A stretch of 62,754 nt of DNA, filler included, from Sluysia triapertura (Eukaryota), in the NCBI GenBank assembly GCA_046118255.1. It is 5 parts of 5 records of this genome, joined end to end, with 100 filler letters (N's around TTAATTAATTAA, not from the genome) between each part and the next. Parts side by side here need not be neighbours in the genome. Positions count along the whole stretch, not along the records: positions 23,397 to 35,615 come from JBJNIA010128406.1; positions 35,716 to 49,287 come from JBJNIA010031936.1; 3 more parts are not named here. One strand, given 5' to 3'. Positions within the stretch are counted from its first letter, which is position 1. Every line of letters starts with the position of its first letter. The notes under the pieces were generated by a model. The model had not been told where the DNA came from. It saw nothing but the letters and a program-made list of their open reading frames with translations, and did not search any database. This document shows positions 26,506 to 39,400 of this stretch, in pieces. The position numbers and the translations under genes were made by a program.

Positions 26506-27593
26506 TTAAGAATTAATGAAAACTTTTATGGTGATTGTAATTGAGATTAAACATGATTAACAACTGTGTGAAAAATAAGATGAAAAGTCGTCTTTATAAA
26601 AATTAAACGACCAATTAAAGTAACTACCTTGATGCTGTTCAACCAATAACAACAAAAGAACACCAGTTAATTAAAAACTGTCAAAATTGACAGTTAGAAT
26701 AATTATAATGATGATAATAATGATAATAATAATACATTGAGTTTTAATGATGTTACTTCACCCTCTTTAGATAAAGATTGCATTATTTTGATTTTGAATA
26801 TAAATATTGTCATTGTCTTGATAGATAAAATTTCTTTTATTTTGTTTCATAACACTCAATTGTAACTGTTCTTCATTATCATATTCACTATTTTTATTTG
26901 TAAATATTTGGTCGAAAGAATCGGGATAAAAATAATCAGAATTTGGTATTACTTCATTGAACATATTAATTTTTCTCTTTTTTTGATACATTAACTTTTT
27001 TAATTTCTTTTATATTAAGTTTTTCAGAGTCTTTTGATACAGAATCATTTTGACGTCGTAAACGACAACTTCCAGTAAAAGTTTTAGTTTTTTATCATAT
27101 AAAACACTGTTACTTGAAACACTGTTATTTTTTAAAACCGATTTACGCAATGTTCTATTCATTTTTTGTTTGTGATTCCTCGAATAGTAACATCACTTGT
27201 AGTTGCAGCTTTAATACAATTTTTGATTTTGTACTGTTTGATTTTAATTTTCTGAAGGACTTGAGTTTGTTTGATAATCACAAATATTTGAGCGAGTAGA
27301 AACATATTACGATATGTTAAAAAAATAAAGATAAAAGATAAAAATATAAGATAAATAAAAAATAAAAAATTATGAAGGAGTATCGCCAGAGAGTATTAAC
27401 AAAGTTATTGTTAATACTCAGCGGAAGCTTTTACTATTATATTAATTTCTATTATTTGTAACTAAATAGTATCATAATATCATTGAATATTATATTTTTG
27501 TTTCGACTGAACACTGAAGTCTCATTTATTTAACCTGTCGATAATTTCAAAAATCTTCCTTTATCTTAAGATAACTTATGAATATCTTAACTT

Positions 27594-27826
27594 TATTACT
27601 TGATTACTATATTACTATATTACTATACTACTATATTACTATACTACTATATTACTGTATTACTATATTACTGTATTACTATATTACTATACTACTATAT
27701 TACTGTATTACTATATTACTTGATTACTATATTACTGTATTACTATATTACTTGATTACTGTATTACTATATTACTTGATTACTGTATTACTATATTACT
27801 TGATTACTGTATTACTATATTACTAT
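27594..27826. repeat. (ATTACT)n hexamer satellite with higher-order 24-bp units
   Basis: ATTACT/GATTACT/GTATTACT variants, with TTACTTGATTACTGTATTACTATA repeated in the distal half. Confidence 0.9.
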
Positions 27827-28220
27827 ATAGAGCGAATAAAACTGAAAAAATTGACTAAACAAAATAAAAATAGAGTAAAAATTAAAATTATTATATTGTA
27901 CCATTTCATTCTATTAGGTTTTGACAATTTTGATTTTAATAAGATTTCATCCCTTAACTTATCTGATTTGAAATTGATTTGAAACAATTGAATTTCTCAA
28001 ATTAATCTTTATCCTTCACGATAAAGAGATTATTCGCACGTAAGTTTTATTTGTCTCGCTTTTTTTGTGTGAATGTTTTGAAATTTTCAATACTTATATA
28101 TTTAATACTTAGAGATAAAAATCATTTTTAGTTTCCAAAATCAATTTACAATTGAAAATCTTAAGAACTATTAATATCTTTAATTGTAGAATTTGTTTTA
28201 ATTAATGAATAAGAATAAAA

Positions 28221-28232
28221 GTGAGTCCACCA
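28221..28232 (-). promoter_or_regulatory. Putative primer-binding site TGGTGGACTCAC
   Basis: Follows ...GTACACA plus 1 nt on the minus strand, the canonical LTR-end/PBS geometry. A homologous junction lies at 42357-42409. Confidence 0.6.
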
Positions 28233-28233
28233 A

Positions 28234-29480
28234 TGTGTACTAGTCTTACCGATTAGGGCTAGCCGTTGGATTTAATATAAGGCAAATTCCTCAGCGAGTT
28301 TTCCTTGGTGAGATTTCTTTTCTCTTTATTTTGTGTCTGTTAAATTTTAAAGGATATTATAATTTTTGAAAATAATTTAATAAGGTTTTACTTTAGTTGG
28401 TGAAAAGAACCGATAAATTATAGTAATTTTACACTGGTTCTTAAATTGAACCAAAAAACAATACAAACTTTAAGTATTTTTTGAAAGAAAAAATAAACAC
28501 TCTAAGATAATTTATATTAAAATACAATTTTATAAATCGATTATATGTTATAATTATTGTGATATTATTCAGATTATCTTTAATTTGATAATATCCTCAA
28601 TTAGTTTTAAAAAATTATTTTACTGAGTTAACTTTAAATGTTAGCTTGAATGTTTATAAAAGAAATCTTACTCGGATTTTACTTGGCGGTTTTTAAAATA
28701 CCGCAGAACTTAAATAACAAAACTAACGACTATTAATGAAATTTGTTGCATAAATTTGTCTGAATATTTTGATTTATCCACGGATTGAAAAATTTAAAAA
28801 TGGTAAATAACTTGAGTATTAGTGTTAATGGTCAAAATACTCCAGCTTTTATACTGGATTATTCTGAACTTAATAGTAGAACAATAAAACAAACAAATTA
28901 ACTCAATAATTAATCTTTAGTTTAGAAATGATTATTTAATTATTTAACAATTTGGAAACAATAATATAAGCTATTAAATTATTAAAATAATTATAAACTT
29001 ATATTTTAAATTAAGTCCATAAATCGATAAATTAAATTATAAATCATGTCCAATAAATTAAATTCATAAATCGATAAAGTACATCAAATTATAATAGTAT
29101 CCAATAAATGATGGTATATACATACACAATAATGAAATATTTAAATTATATTACAAATTAATTTTTTATTTACTCAGTAATAAAAGTTAATTAACATTAT
29201 TTGCATTTTATTTACTCTCAATATCGACATTCAATCAATTATTTACAGTTAATTAATTTTGTTTTAATTTACATTTAATATATTTTTAGATTACATAATT
29301 TGTTTACAATTAATAAACTTAAAACAAACTACTTATAAATCAAATATTAAGTCAATTTGAAATTATTTAACAATGCTTTGAAAATAATTGGCACAAAATA
29401 AAATAACATTTTTGTATAAATTTTATGCTGAAGATTTTTTATACTTTTGGCCAATAGCGTCGCCAATTGATTTATTAATA
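28234..29480 (-). mobile_element. Putative long LTR (over 1.2 kb)
   Basis: Minus-strand order is CCAAT boxes (~29390-29470), TATA-like (~29335), GGTTC-N-GAACC hairpins, AATAAA (~28330), ACA end and PBS. The distal ~250 bp is homologous to 42130-42397. The 5' boundary is not determined. Confidence 0.45.
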
Positions 29481-29543
29481 TATTTTATTGATTTTTAAAT
29501 AATTATGTTTTTAATTAATGGCCTAGATACCCTAATTAAAAGA

Positions 29544-29544
29544 A

Positions 29545-29609
<65 letters not shown>
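29544..29609. repeat. (ATT)n microsatellite
   Basis: Direct reading. Confidence 0.95.
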
Positions 29610-29789
29610 GGCTAATTGTTATTACATTATTTCAATTAGACATTAACGCAGATTGTGACAGTGTAATATTTATTATCTTTGATTAAAAATGCTTTTGGTG
29701 TACAATGCTTTTATGCTTTCGTATTCTTTATTTGAGATATTTTTTAAATTTATTATACTAGTCTCATTTATTTATTTTATTTTAATCTG

Positions 29790-30000
29790 CTATTCTTATT
29801 CTTATAAGATTATCAAATTATAGCTTTTAATATCTCTTTAATAGTTTTCTGTCGAATCAACAATTAGATTTAGCGAGTTCTGTTTTTGTCTCTGGTGTTC
29901 GAGATAGAAGTGCTTAATTAATTAATTCAAGTAGTAGTTTAAACTTGTTAAGATTTCTATCCCTCGATCCCGTAACTAAGTGATTAAAAACTGTTATTCA
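29790..30000 (-). repeat. Dispersed repeat (copy of 51786-52040) with residual coding signal
   Basis: Shared TATTCTTATTCTTATAAGATTATCAAATT, GCGAGTTCT and TGCTTAATTAAT blocks. One minus frame reads LN*LIKHFYLEHQR here and LNILIKQLHLEQRR in the other copy. Confidence 0.8.
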
Positions 30001-30810
30001 TACAATTCAATAAACAAAGAGTGGTTTAATTATTCTAAATAAATTTATTTAATTAAATTTATTTAAATTTATTTATTTAATTAATTCTAAAATAAAAATA
30101 AAATATTATATGTCATACAATTTATGCTGAAAAATGACTTTAGAAGCAACTTATTAGAGTGATCATGTCCACAATCAATTTGTTATCTGACGGATTGTCA
30201 AAAATTTTCAAAATCCTCATTTAATACAAACCTATTTTCTGCGTTATGTGCCATCTGCTTTTTCTTTTGAAATCAATTTCCAGCAATATTCTTTTATGGC
30301 AATTTCTTTATTAATTCTCACCAATAAATAAATAATGAAATACATCTTTTCAACAATATAATATTATTAGCATAATTTCATTACTTTATCAATTTTCAAT
30401 ACTTTAAATTGTTACATAAAATTTAATTTTCAGCATTTGGTATTAAATTATTTAGTTTATGATTTATAGAATTCATTTGTTTCCTGTTACTCTTCAATTT
30501 AATTATATTAAGAAAAATTGTTAAATTATTGTTATTATTATTATTATTAAAATTTTGTTTCTTTAAAATTTTCTTAGCAATGATTAATTTAAAATTTTTT
30601 AAATCTATTAAAAAATAGAAATAAAAACTATAATTTTCTATTTTTATAACACCGATATAAAAATTAATTTCGTTTCTATGATGTTTCGATAATTTTCGAA
30701 TATACCTCGTCATGTGTTCCTGAATCTTGCTAAAAATACGCAAAGAACAAATAAAAATAAATAAAAAACAAAATCTAAAATTACCCGTGGGTCATCCTGT
30801 TCCACTGAGT

Positions 30811-31173
30811 CTAATTGGACGCTAATAGAGCTGGAATTGACAAGTCTCGCATGTACAACAAAACTCCTAAGCTTGCCAAGAGATTATTTATTCTAGCACA
30901 ATGAGTATTGAAATTTGTTGGATAACTAATGACATCTTTACATTCGTTAACAGAGTGGCAATATTTGCAATTCTTGCCATATTTTAAACATTGTATATAA
31001 GCAAAAGCCCATCTTGAAATTTTTTTCGTCATATATGTTATTCTGTGGGTCAGGATACACAGATTTGTTACCATTGTACAAAAGCTTAAAAGTTTAAGAA
31101 TTGTGAAATGTTGTGAAGAGTGATTTTCTTGTATATTATGTTATAAAATTTCAAATTATTGGGTTGGCCACCA
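30811..31173 (-). mobile_element. CCCH cassette, copy C (short form)
   Basis: TGGTGGCCAAC at 31173-31163, a ~90-nt AC-rich leader, then an 87-aa ORF with YMTKKISRWAFAYIQCLKYGKNCKYCHSVNE (C-x6-C-x3-H kept, first Cys lost). Confidence 0.6.
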
Positions 31174-31353
31174 CACAGCACACAAATTTAATTTCTTCAA
31201 TATTGATTTTAAACTGTAAATATTTTAAATATTATTTCAATGCATAAAATTTAATTTTCTTGTATTGTTACACACATGAAATTTAGTTAATATTTTTAAT
31301 ATTGTTTCTTAGACTGTTCCATTCAATATTTGTTTATTTCGTGTTCATTGTCA

Positions 31354-31417
<64 letters not shown>
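31354..31417. repeat. (ATT)n microsatellite
   Basis: Direct reading. Confidence 0.95.
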
Positions 31418-33249
31418 GATGAATTATTACTACCAAAATTTTATTGAAAATCGCATTCATTTTCTGCATTTAAATTCATTAATTCAGGTAAATTTTACAC
31501 CGATTTTATGCAAAGTTTGTTCATTTTCTGCCCATAAATTTTGTACTATTTCGCATTAATATCAATTTATATTTCATACTATTCCTGTACAATCTTAATT
31601 TAAAATGGTTTTCGTGTTTATACATTTAGATTTTATATTATTTTTATATAATCTCAGTTCACATAATCAATCATAATATTGAACTTAATGAATTTAGATT
31701 TCATACCATTTCTATACAATCTTAATTTTAAAGTTATTTTGTTCACGCAATATTTTCATTCTTTCAAACATTCAATTTTCATAACATTGTAATGTATCGA
31801 GCTTGCATATGACAAAATTAAAGTGGAACTAAAATGTCGAGTAATTTTTTTAATTCTAAACTGTTTAAGTTAAAGGTAACATTGTTTGTACACTAAAAAG
31901 TTTATAATTTACGTTGTTTTGATTCCTTAAATTTAAATATGTTTATTTTGTCTAAATTCTGATTTGCTGGTTTTATTATGTGTTTAAGAAAAATATAATT
32001 CTTCCGAATTATCTGATTGAAAGGGAATTCACAATGAAAAATATGATCTTGGGCGTATGAAGGATCTGTGCAATGTGTTTATGTTGTAGCTGATTTGTCT
32101 ATACTGATTGTGACTGTTTTTATGTGTTCAGATAATAGATTTATAAATGATGAGGTGAACTACACAAGTTTTACATTGGTCTTAGCTTTAAATTATTATA
32201 AATAATACTCTTTATTATTGTTTTATCTCATATATTATAGATTTTGAAGTTATATAAATTATTTATCTACGTGAAGTTAACTGTAAGAAATTAAATTTTT
32301 TAATCAACTTTTTAAACAATGTTGAATCATAAGAAATAATATTTATATTCAAAATAATATTAATATTTATTCAGAAAAACTTATACAATTTTAATAATTA
32401 CAAATTTGTAGATAACGTCAATTAAATTCTTTAATAGGATTATTTTAACAGATAATTGTTTAAAATTAAAATTTATTAATATTTAAATAGGCAATCTATT
32501 AAAATATTACTAAACAATTACAATTATAGTTTAAGTATATTTTAATTATTTTCTAAAATTATCACTTATATAATAAATTAACTAACGAAGATTTAAATAT
32601 GTAATTTCGGAATTCTTGAATTGTCTGTTACTTAATAAATCGATAAATAATTTTCCAGATAATTCAATATAATTAATTACAGAACTGAAGTTTATAAATT
32701 TCGTCCAAAATTTGTTATATTCAAAACAATCAAAAATTTTGTTCAGCGAATAAGTTTAACTGTAATGTTTTGTACCCGAAATCACTTCTATTTATATTAA
32801 GTCATGAAATGGTAAACTTATTCACCTTAATTCACTGCTGAATCAAATCTATTTTAACTAAAAATAGCTAATTGTGTAGTATAGATACTTTAAAATATTT
32901 GTAATATTATAATTTTTGATAAATATTTGATGAGTAATAATACTACAATAATTCTAAATAATGTTATAATATAATGTAATAATAATAAAATATTATAAAA
33001 TAATATAATAATAACTACTTGCTTACTAATTATTAAATTTCACAATTTTAACTAAATCTCTACATAATTTATGTAATTAATATATTACCTAATTAATACA
33101 TTTAATGATTTATACATTTACATAACTTTTCCATCAGGTAAAATTAGTCCCTAATTTTAAATAGTTGTGATTCTAAGTTAACCAATAAAAGATAAAATCA
33201 GTCAATACCTAAATCAATAAGATCAGTACAATCAAAATATTCATCTCCG

Positions 33250-34940
33250 AAATCGTTAGTATTTAGATTGTCGTCATCTTCCGACATCGAATTGCCGCGC
33301 TTGCCATTTAAACTATTACTGGAATCGATTTTGATCTTAACCAATTTGCCGTCGTCCTAGTCGTCGATAGATAATTATGTTTTAGATTTTCGCGTGACAG
33401 ATGTGATGCGGATCGTGTTATGTTCGAGAAAAGATTAGAATGAGTAGTATCAGATTGTAATGTTATCGATTTTTCAATGACATACAGTAAAAATGAGATC
33501 TTTTTCTTTGATAACTTCAAAAGCGATACATAATCCTTAGCCAAATGAGTACAAGTGGATCGAGGCGGAAATGGATCTAAGATTTTTAGAACTTTCCTAG
33601 CACCATTAGCCGGATGAAAAGATGAATGTGATACTATGTTGGTGCAGGTAAGGTTAATAACACCTCACAACCAGCCATATCGAATTTAAAATGTTCTAAT
33701 AATAAAATCTGAAAGACAGGCTACGAGTACTTTGTCAATCAAAAGTTTCGGATTTCCGTGATGACATCCTTCACGGAAAATTTTCATATTCACGTAATCC
33801 ATGGTCCATAGTAAGAAAATTTTTAATTCTCATTCTTCGTCTTATAAACACATCCGAGTTTATGATGTGGAGTGAAACAAGATCGGATATTTTGGTGCTT
33901 ATCTGTGAAATCTTCAACAAAAATAAGATTTTTTTCCTCTGCTATATCCTCGTGTGGCAAATGAGTAAAGGTCAAACCTTGCCAATTGTAAATGTTGTCA
34001 GTATTCGACTCATATAACAATGGAAAATTAGAGAAGTCTATTATGGCGTGTTAGGCTTCTCAAAAAGCATAGCAAATGTAGTTTGCAATTCCTCAATTTC
34101 GACTTGAATCCTGCAAATATTTGATACAGTTCTTATAAACAATGAAGAAAATCCTTGAACTCGAGAATGCAAGGGAAAACCGTCTGCACGGATAGATTAC
34201 GCCTCGATCTTTTGGACATCCTACGAAAATGTTAATATTTATTGGTGGCAGAATTGTGTTTATTCCATCTAGACGTGTGATAAATTGCAAATCCATTTCA
34301 TTTTTATAATTTGGCGTCATGTTTGAGTTGAACAATGAAAAAGAGAGGTATCATTTTTAACGCAAAAACGATCGATTCCATTATAAAAAGAATTAATATT
34401 GTTTAATATATGTGCATGTGGATAATTTGTCATTGTTAATTCTAAATTGAAGAATGAGTTCATAAGAGATTAGAAGAATATTAAATATGTAAAATAATCG
34501 TTGGTTTATATTTGACAGTTACTTTATCATTATTTTTATTTGATTGAAACCCTTATATATTTTAAGAAAATAAAAGAAAATGGTTTAACCGTAGTCTCTG
34601 ATCTATTTTGTATTGCCCTGATTTCTTATGCTTCGGTGGCAATTGTGTTTCTGTGACTGCGTCAGGCCAGGAGGGAAAGTGGTATGTTTCTTAATTTTTT
34701 TGTCGAGATATTCCGGTGGTGATATTTCTACCTCCTGTATTTCGATGTTTTGATTAAGTATAAGTCCCGGAAATTTTTTAAACATGTAGTCTCACGTGGA
34801 AAAACCACCTTGTGGAATACTTGTATAGTGGAAAATTGAAAAAATTTAGCAATACATTTAAAGTGAATTTTATGTTGATAAAAGATAGTTTTGTGTATTT
34901 TTATGGATGCTTTTTTGACAAATTGGGCAGCGTACAAAAC
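33250..34940 (-). pseudogene. Degenerate coding region(s) of unknown function
   Basis: Five same-strand ORF fragments (33308-34937) with raised GC, linked by stops and frameshifts. No family recognised. Confidence 0.45.
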
Positions 34941-35615
34941 TCATTGTCTAAATTATTGATTAGAAAAATTAAAGAAAAATAAAAAATATAAGATAATAAT
35001 AATTTTAATGTTAATAATATAATTGTTAAAATTTAAATCCTAATGCATTTACAAACTAATTTTAAAAATAAAATTATAAATGTTATAAAAACCTAATACC
35101 TATATAGTATAGATTTTAAACAACATTAACAAATTTGGTAACCGTCACTGGCGATTACCCGTTACCTTATTTGTTATACCTTAAACCTTAAGTAAATGAT
35201 TATTTTTATATTTATATTTATAAAATATATTTTAATTTTTGATAAATAATAATATTCCAATAATTATAAATAATATGTAGTGGACAACCTTTATAATTTT
35301 AAATAAAAAAATTAATTAAACCTTCAACACTTTGATATTTACACACTTACAAAACACTTCATATGCCTAAACTAAGCCATATTCACAATCTCATAATATA
35401 CAAACCCCAGTTACATCTAATACCATCAACTTAAACCAATAAATTTATCTAAAACATGTAAATTATCTACTTTACACCTTCGAATCAATTACAACACCTT
35501 AAATTCATCATTTGTCTTTGCATGGTCACCAACAACAAAATACAATACCATTCAAAAACATCAAATAAATAAATCACATAAAACATTACACAATAATATT
35601 TCAAATATACCAAGA

Positions 35616-35715
35616 NNNNNNNNNNNNNNNNNNNNNNNNNNNNNNNNNNNNNNNNNNNNTTAATTAATTAANNNNNNNNNNNNNNNNNNNNNNNNNNNNN
35701 NNNNNNNNNNNNNNN
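35616..35715. other. Artificial contig spacer
   Basis: N44-TTAATTAATTAA-N44. Confidence 0.98.
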
Positions 35716-35812
35716 TAGCATTTTCTATGTTGTTCATTTCAAATTCAGTATATATTTGCACGTCATCAGCATATATATGGTATTTAAAACCACATGATTC
35801 GATTACACTTGA
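35716..35812 (-). mobile_element. Non-LTR retrotransposon RT fragment (L2/CR1 group)
   Basis: Minus strand SVIESCGFKYHIYADDVQIYTEFEMNNIENA contains the catalytic YADD in an HxYADDxQIY context. Confidence 0.85.
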
Positions 35813-36389
35813 ATCGCTATATTACTTAAATATTATTATAATACTATTATAAATATTATTATAATATCTATATTGTTACTGAAATATATTTAATTTTGTA
35901 ATGCAGATAGAGACAACATTTGTAGAATTTTCCTCTTTTTATTTCTTTTCTGCTTGAAATAATATTAAAGATAATTTAGATACATAAAGATAATTAAAGA
36001 TAAATAAGGTTCCCTATATTCAGAAAAATAAAGATTCCACCACGTCTTTATCATTTTGTGATAAATTTGAATTATAAATCTTAAACAACAAGTTTATTTA
36101 TTCTTCATAAAGTTGTCTTATTGCTACTAAGTTATAATTTAGCACAATTTGATAGTCTTAATATAATAACAAATTAGGACTAATCTTCAATGCTTACTTT
36201 TCATTTTATTATAATCATTTGTTTTAACGAATTTAATTGTCACATAAACTTAATAAATTACTTATTGATTCGAACATAAAATTCTTAAGTTTTCTATATA
36301 TAAATTTGCAAAGTTTCGGTCATTAAAATAAAATAAAATTGAATAACAATATATATATATATATATATATTCGATGAATTTTAACTCTA

Positions 36390-36728
36390 TCACCAACAGA
36401 TAATACTTTCAATCGAGTTTGTATTTACGTGAGTTATTGGATTAACAAAATTAAGTTTAAGATTGACTGATTTATGAACATAATGGCTCAGCAATGCAAA
36501 GACGATGGTATAGTTGGATCGTCCGCTCGTATATGTTACAAATTCATCCGTCCAACTAATGGAATTCGGTGCAAAATATCGTTGAAGTTTTGTCCGATGT
36601 TGAACTAACATTTCCTCTCGCCACTCCACGATGAAGTTTTGCGTTATATTATTATTCCTAAACCACCTAGTTGTACAGAAATATTTAGTAATTTTGAGGA
36701 ACAAATGTCTCAGAAATATTGAGTCCAT
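36390..36728 (-). mobile_element. Merlin/ISXO2-family transposase fragment
   Basis: VEWREEML...FAPNSISWTDEFVTY...YVHKSVNLKLNFVNPITHVNTNSIES matches the PGSxIxTD...Y...HxxVNH...FVDP...HTNxIES signature. Confidence 0.85.
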
Positions 36729-39317
36729 TGAATTATATTGTCATATTTAAAATTTATTAATATTTATTAATATTTTTTGCAGTGTGTTTCATTTGCCCAA
36801 AATTAAATTAAATAAAAATTAATTTGAGTTTCGAATGAAGAGTTAAGAGACTTCAATCAAATATTTTATTTATCATTATCAAAATTTCACCAATGCAAGT
36901 TCACTGTATTTCAACATGGAATATTATTTCAAATGGTCAATTTGAAAACAAAGATTTATAGATTCATATTCCAATTTATAGGTTTTTATATTACAAATAT
37001 TTAAAAGTATAATATTAACATTATTTAAAACAAGAATATAAAATTGATTAATTTCTTCTATTTGTATATTAAAATATCTGTACATTTTCCATTTAATGAA
37101 CCAACAAACAATTATTATTGTATTATTATGAATCTCTACATTTATTAAACCATAGTTCTAATATTTTTCTAGTTTATTTCACGCTTTCAAATGCTTTAAA
37201 AGTTATTTTTAATAAACCCTTCGATGCTCTACGCGTATATATACGTAAAAATAATAAGTCTCAAACTCTCCAAGCGAGTATTTTTGAATCATGTTTTAAA
37301 ATAGTCGTTTCAGCACACCGATGGAAATCTACAAGCTCAACACAAATAAACTCGCAACCACTGAAATATATGTGCACAGTGGTCACAAAATTTCAAAACT
37401 TATAACATTTTATATATAAAAATATGCTTGAAACAATAATATCTTTATATTATTATGAAGGTATTAGTGATATTTTAAAGTTTAGATATTTCAATTTTTA
37501 GATACTTCAAGTTTAACAACGAAATCCACATTAATAGTTTTAATCTCTAAGATGAATTTAAATTCTTATAAATATAATAATACCTTTTCTTTAATTTATT
37601 AAGTAAACAAAATTTCTAAACTATAAATTAAATTTTAAAAATTAAACACTAATTTCAAAAATTAAAATAATACAGTTAAACAATATTAAAAATGCTTAAT
37701 GATACTATAAAACTTGAAAGTTAAAAATTCCTAGCAACATAATATTTTAAAAGAAATATTTGATGAAATAAACGTTTTCCTAATTATTTTTCTAGTTGGA
37801 ATAACATTATTGCATTGTTATAAGGTATTATAATAAATTAAATAATGATTTTTTATATTATTAATTTTGTAATCATATAAAACAATTATCAAAACAGTTA
37901 TATTTTCAATAGTTTTGTTTTTAATTCTTTTTTTTAGCTTTTTGTAATATAAAATTACGATATTACTAAATACATAAATAAATAATGAAACAAAACTAAA
38001 AAAATGTGAAAATAAACAAATAAACAAATAAGTGAATAAAGTGAATTATGTATTTCAATTGTTACTTAATAATTAAATTGTCAAATTAGTTTAAAAATAA
38101 AAATAAATAAATTGTGTTTTTCATTAAATTCAAATTGTGTCGGCATTCGAATTTGTCATTCAATAAATATAACGAAAATGTATATATATATTTTTTGTAC
38201 CATTACATTTCTTTTTGCATAATAATAATAATAATTATTATTATTTTTAAATACATTTTATTAATTATAATTAATGTGAATTTATAATTTAATATTAGAA
38301 TTGTTTTGTATATTAAATTTTAATATATTTTTCAATATATTATCTAATTTTGGAAATTAAAATAAACATAACTATTAAATCTATATTTATTTCTGTTATT
38401 ATTTGTATTTCTTTTTCATAATTTTTATATGTTTAAAAAGAAATTAAATTTACAAAAAAATGTTTTTTTCTTTGTTATTTTTATTTATAAAATGAAATTT
38501 ACATAAAAATTTAAATATTTTAATGGTAATTATTTGTTATCGTTACAATTAATACAAAAAATTATATATTACTAAACAATGTTTAATTAAACAGATACAT
38601 ATGCATTTCTTGTGTTAGATTACACGTTATAAGTTCATTAAATAGTAAAATCGAACATAGAAAGAAAATAAATGCCAAACAAGGTAAGATTTAGAAAATC
38701 TTTTATAGAACTTCTTCAACAATGTTATAAGTTGTTGCATACTTCTAGATTTGCGAAGTTTGTTATGACTGAAAACTTCTTAAAAACATTCAGTAAAAGT
38801 CAGGCTGACGTTTTAATTAGAATAATGTTATTTTCTAACTTATATATTCATTAAAAACCGAAATTCTTCAAATTTCTATCTTCTCGCATTGCTTCAGTTA
38901 GTTTTCTTTCTGCAATCAATTATGTTGTACCTAATGCACCATAATATTTAACTCTTGGTATATCACTATTCGTTGATTGGCTGTACGTAATATTTTTACA
39001 TATTAATCTTCATTTAAAACATACATAAACTTACATATTTATATTGATTCTTTGAATATTTCTTTCACTTCTTTTAAATAAAATGTAATATTAAAACAAA
39101 ACACACATTTTCTTAACTTAGACACAGAAGTATTTAGTTTTATTTTATTATTTGGATCACAAATTTAAACCTTTCTGAAAAAGTTTTAGGATTTCTAGTT
39201 GTTAGGTTCCCATCACAAACATTTAAAATTATCTAAAACATCATTAAAAATCATTTAAAAATATTTAAAAGCTTCCAAACAACTAAAATACATTTATTTT
39301 CCAAAAAAGAAAATAAG

Positions 39318-39400
39318 CTTCTAGAATGTTATAGAACATTTCATCGATTTCTATTGGCTGATGACTAGTATATAAATTAGTATCAGCTCAATAGTTATCA
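39318..39400 (+). promoter_or_regulatory. Pol II promoter-like block: HSE, CCAAT, TATA
   Basis: cTTCt aGAAt gTTAt aGAAc aTTTc (39318-39342), ATTGG (39353-39357), TATATAAA (39369-39376), then an AC-rich leader and GGTAA donor-like sites. Confidence 0.5.

Noticed and set aside
27578-27982. 134-aa hydrophobic ORF (YYITILL repeats)
   Set aside because: A by-product of the (ATTACT)n satellite.
30110-30350. Possible P-element/THAP9-like C-terminal remnant (CGHDHSNKLLLKSF, minus strand)
   Set aside because: A single short motif with no catalytic region to support it.
35523-35533. TGGTCACCAAC within AC-rich DNA as a fifth cassette head
   Set aside because: The motif deviates, the flank does not align with the other copies, and the contig ends about 80 bp later.
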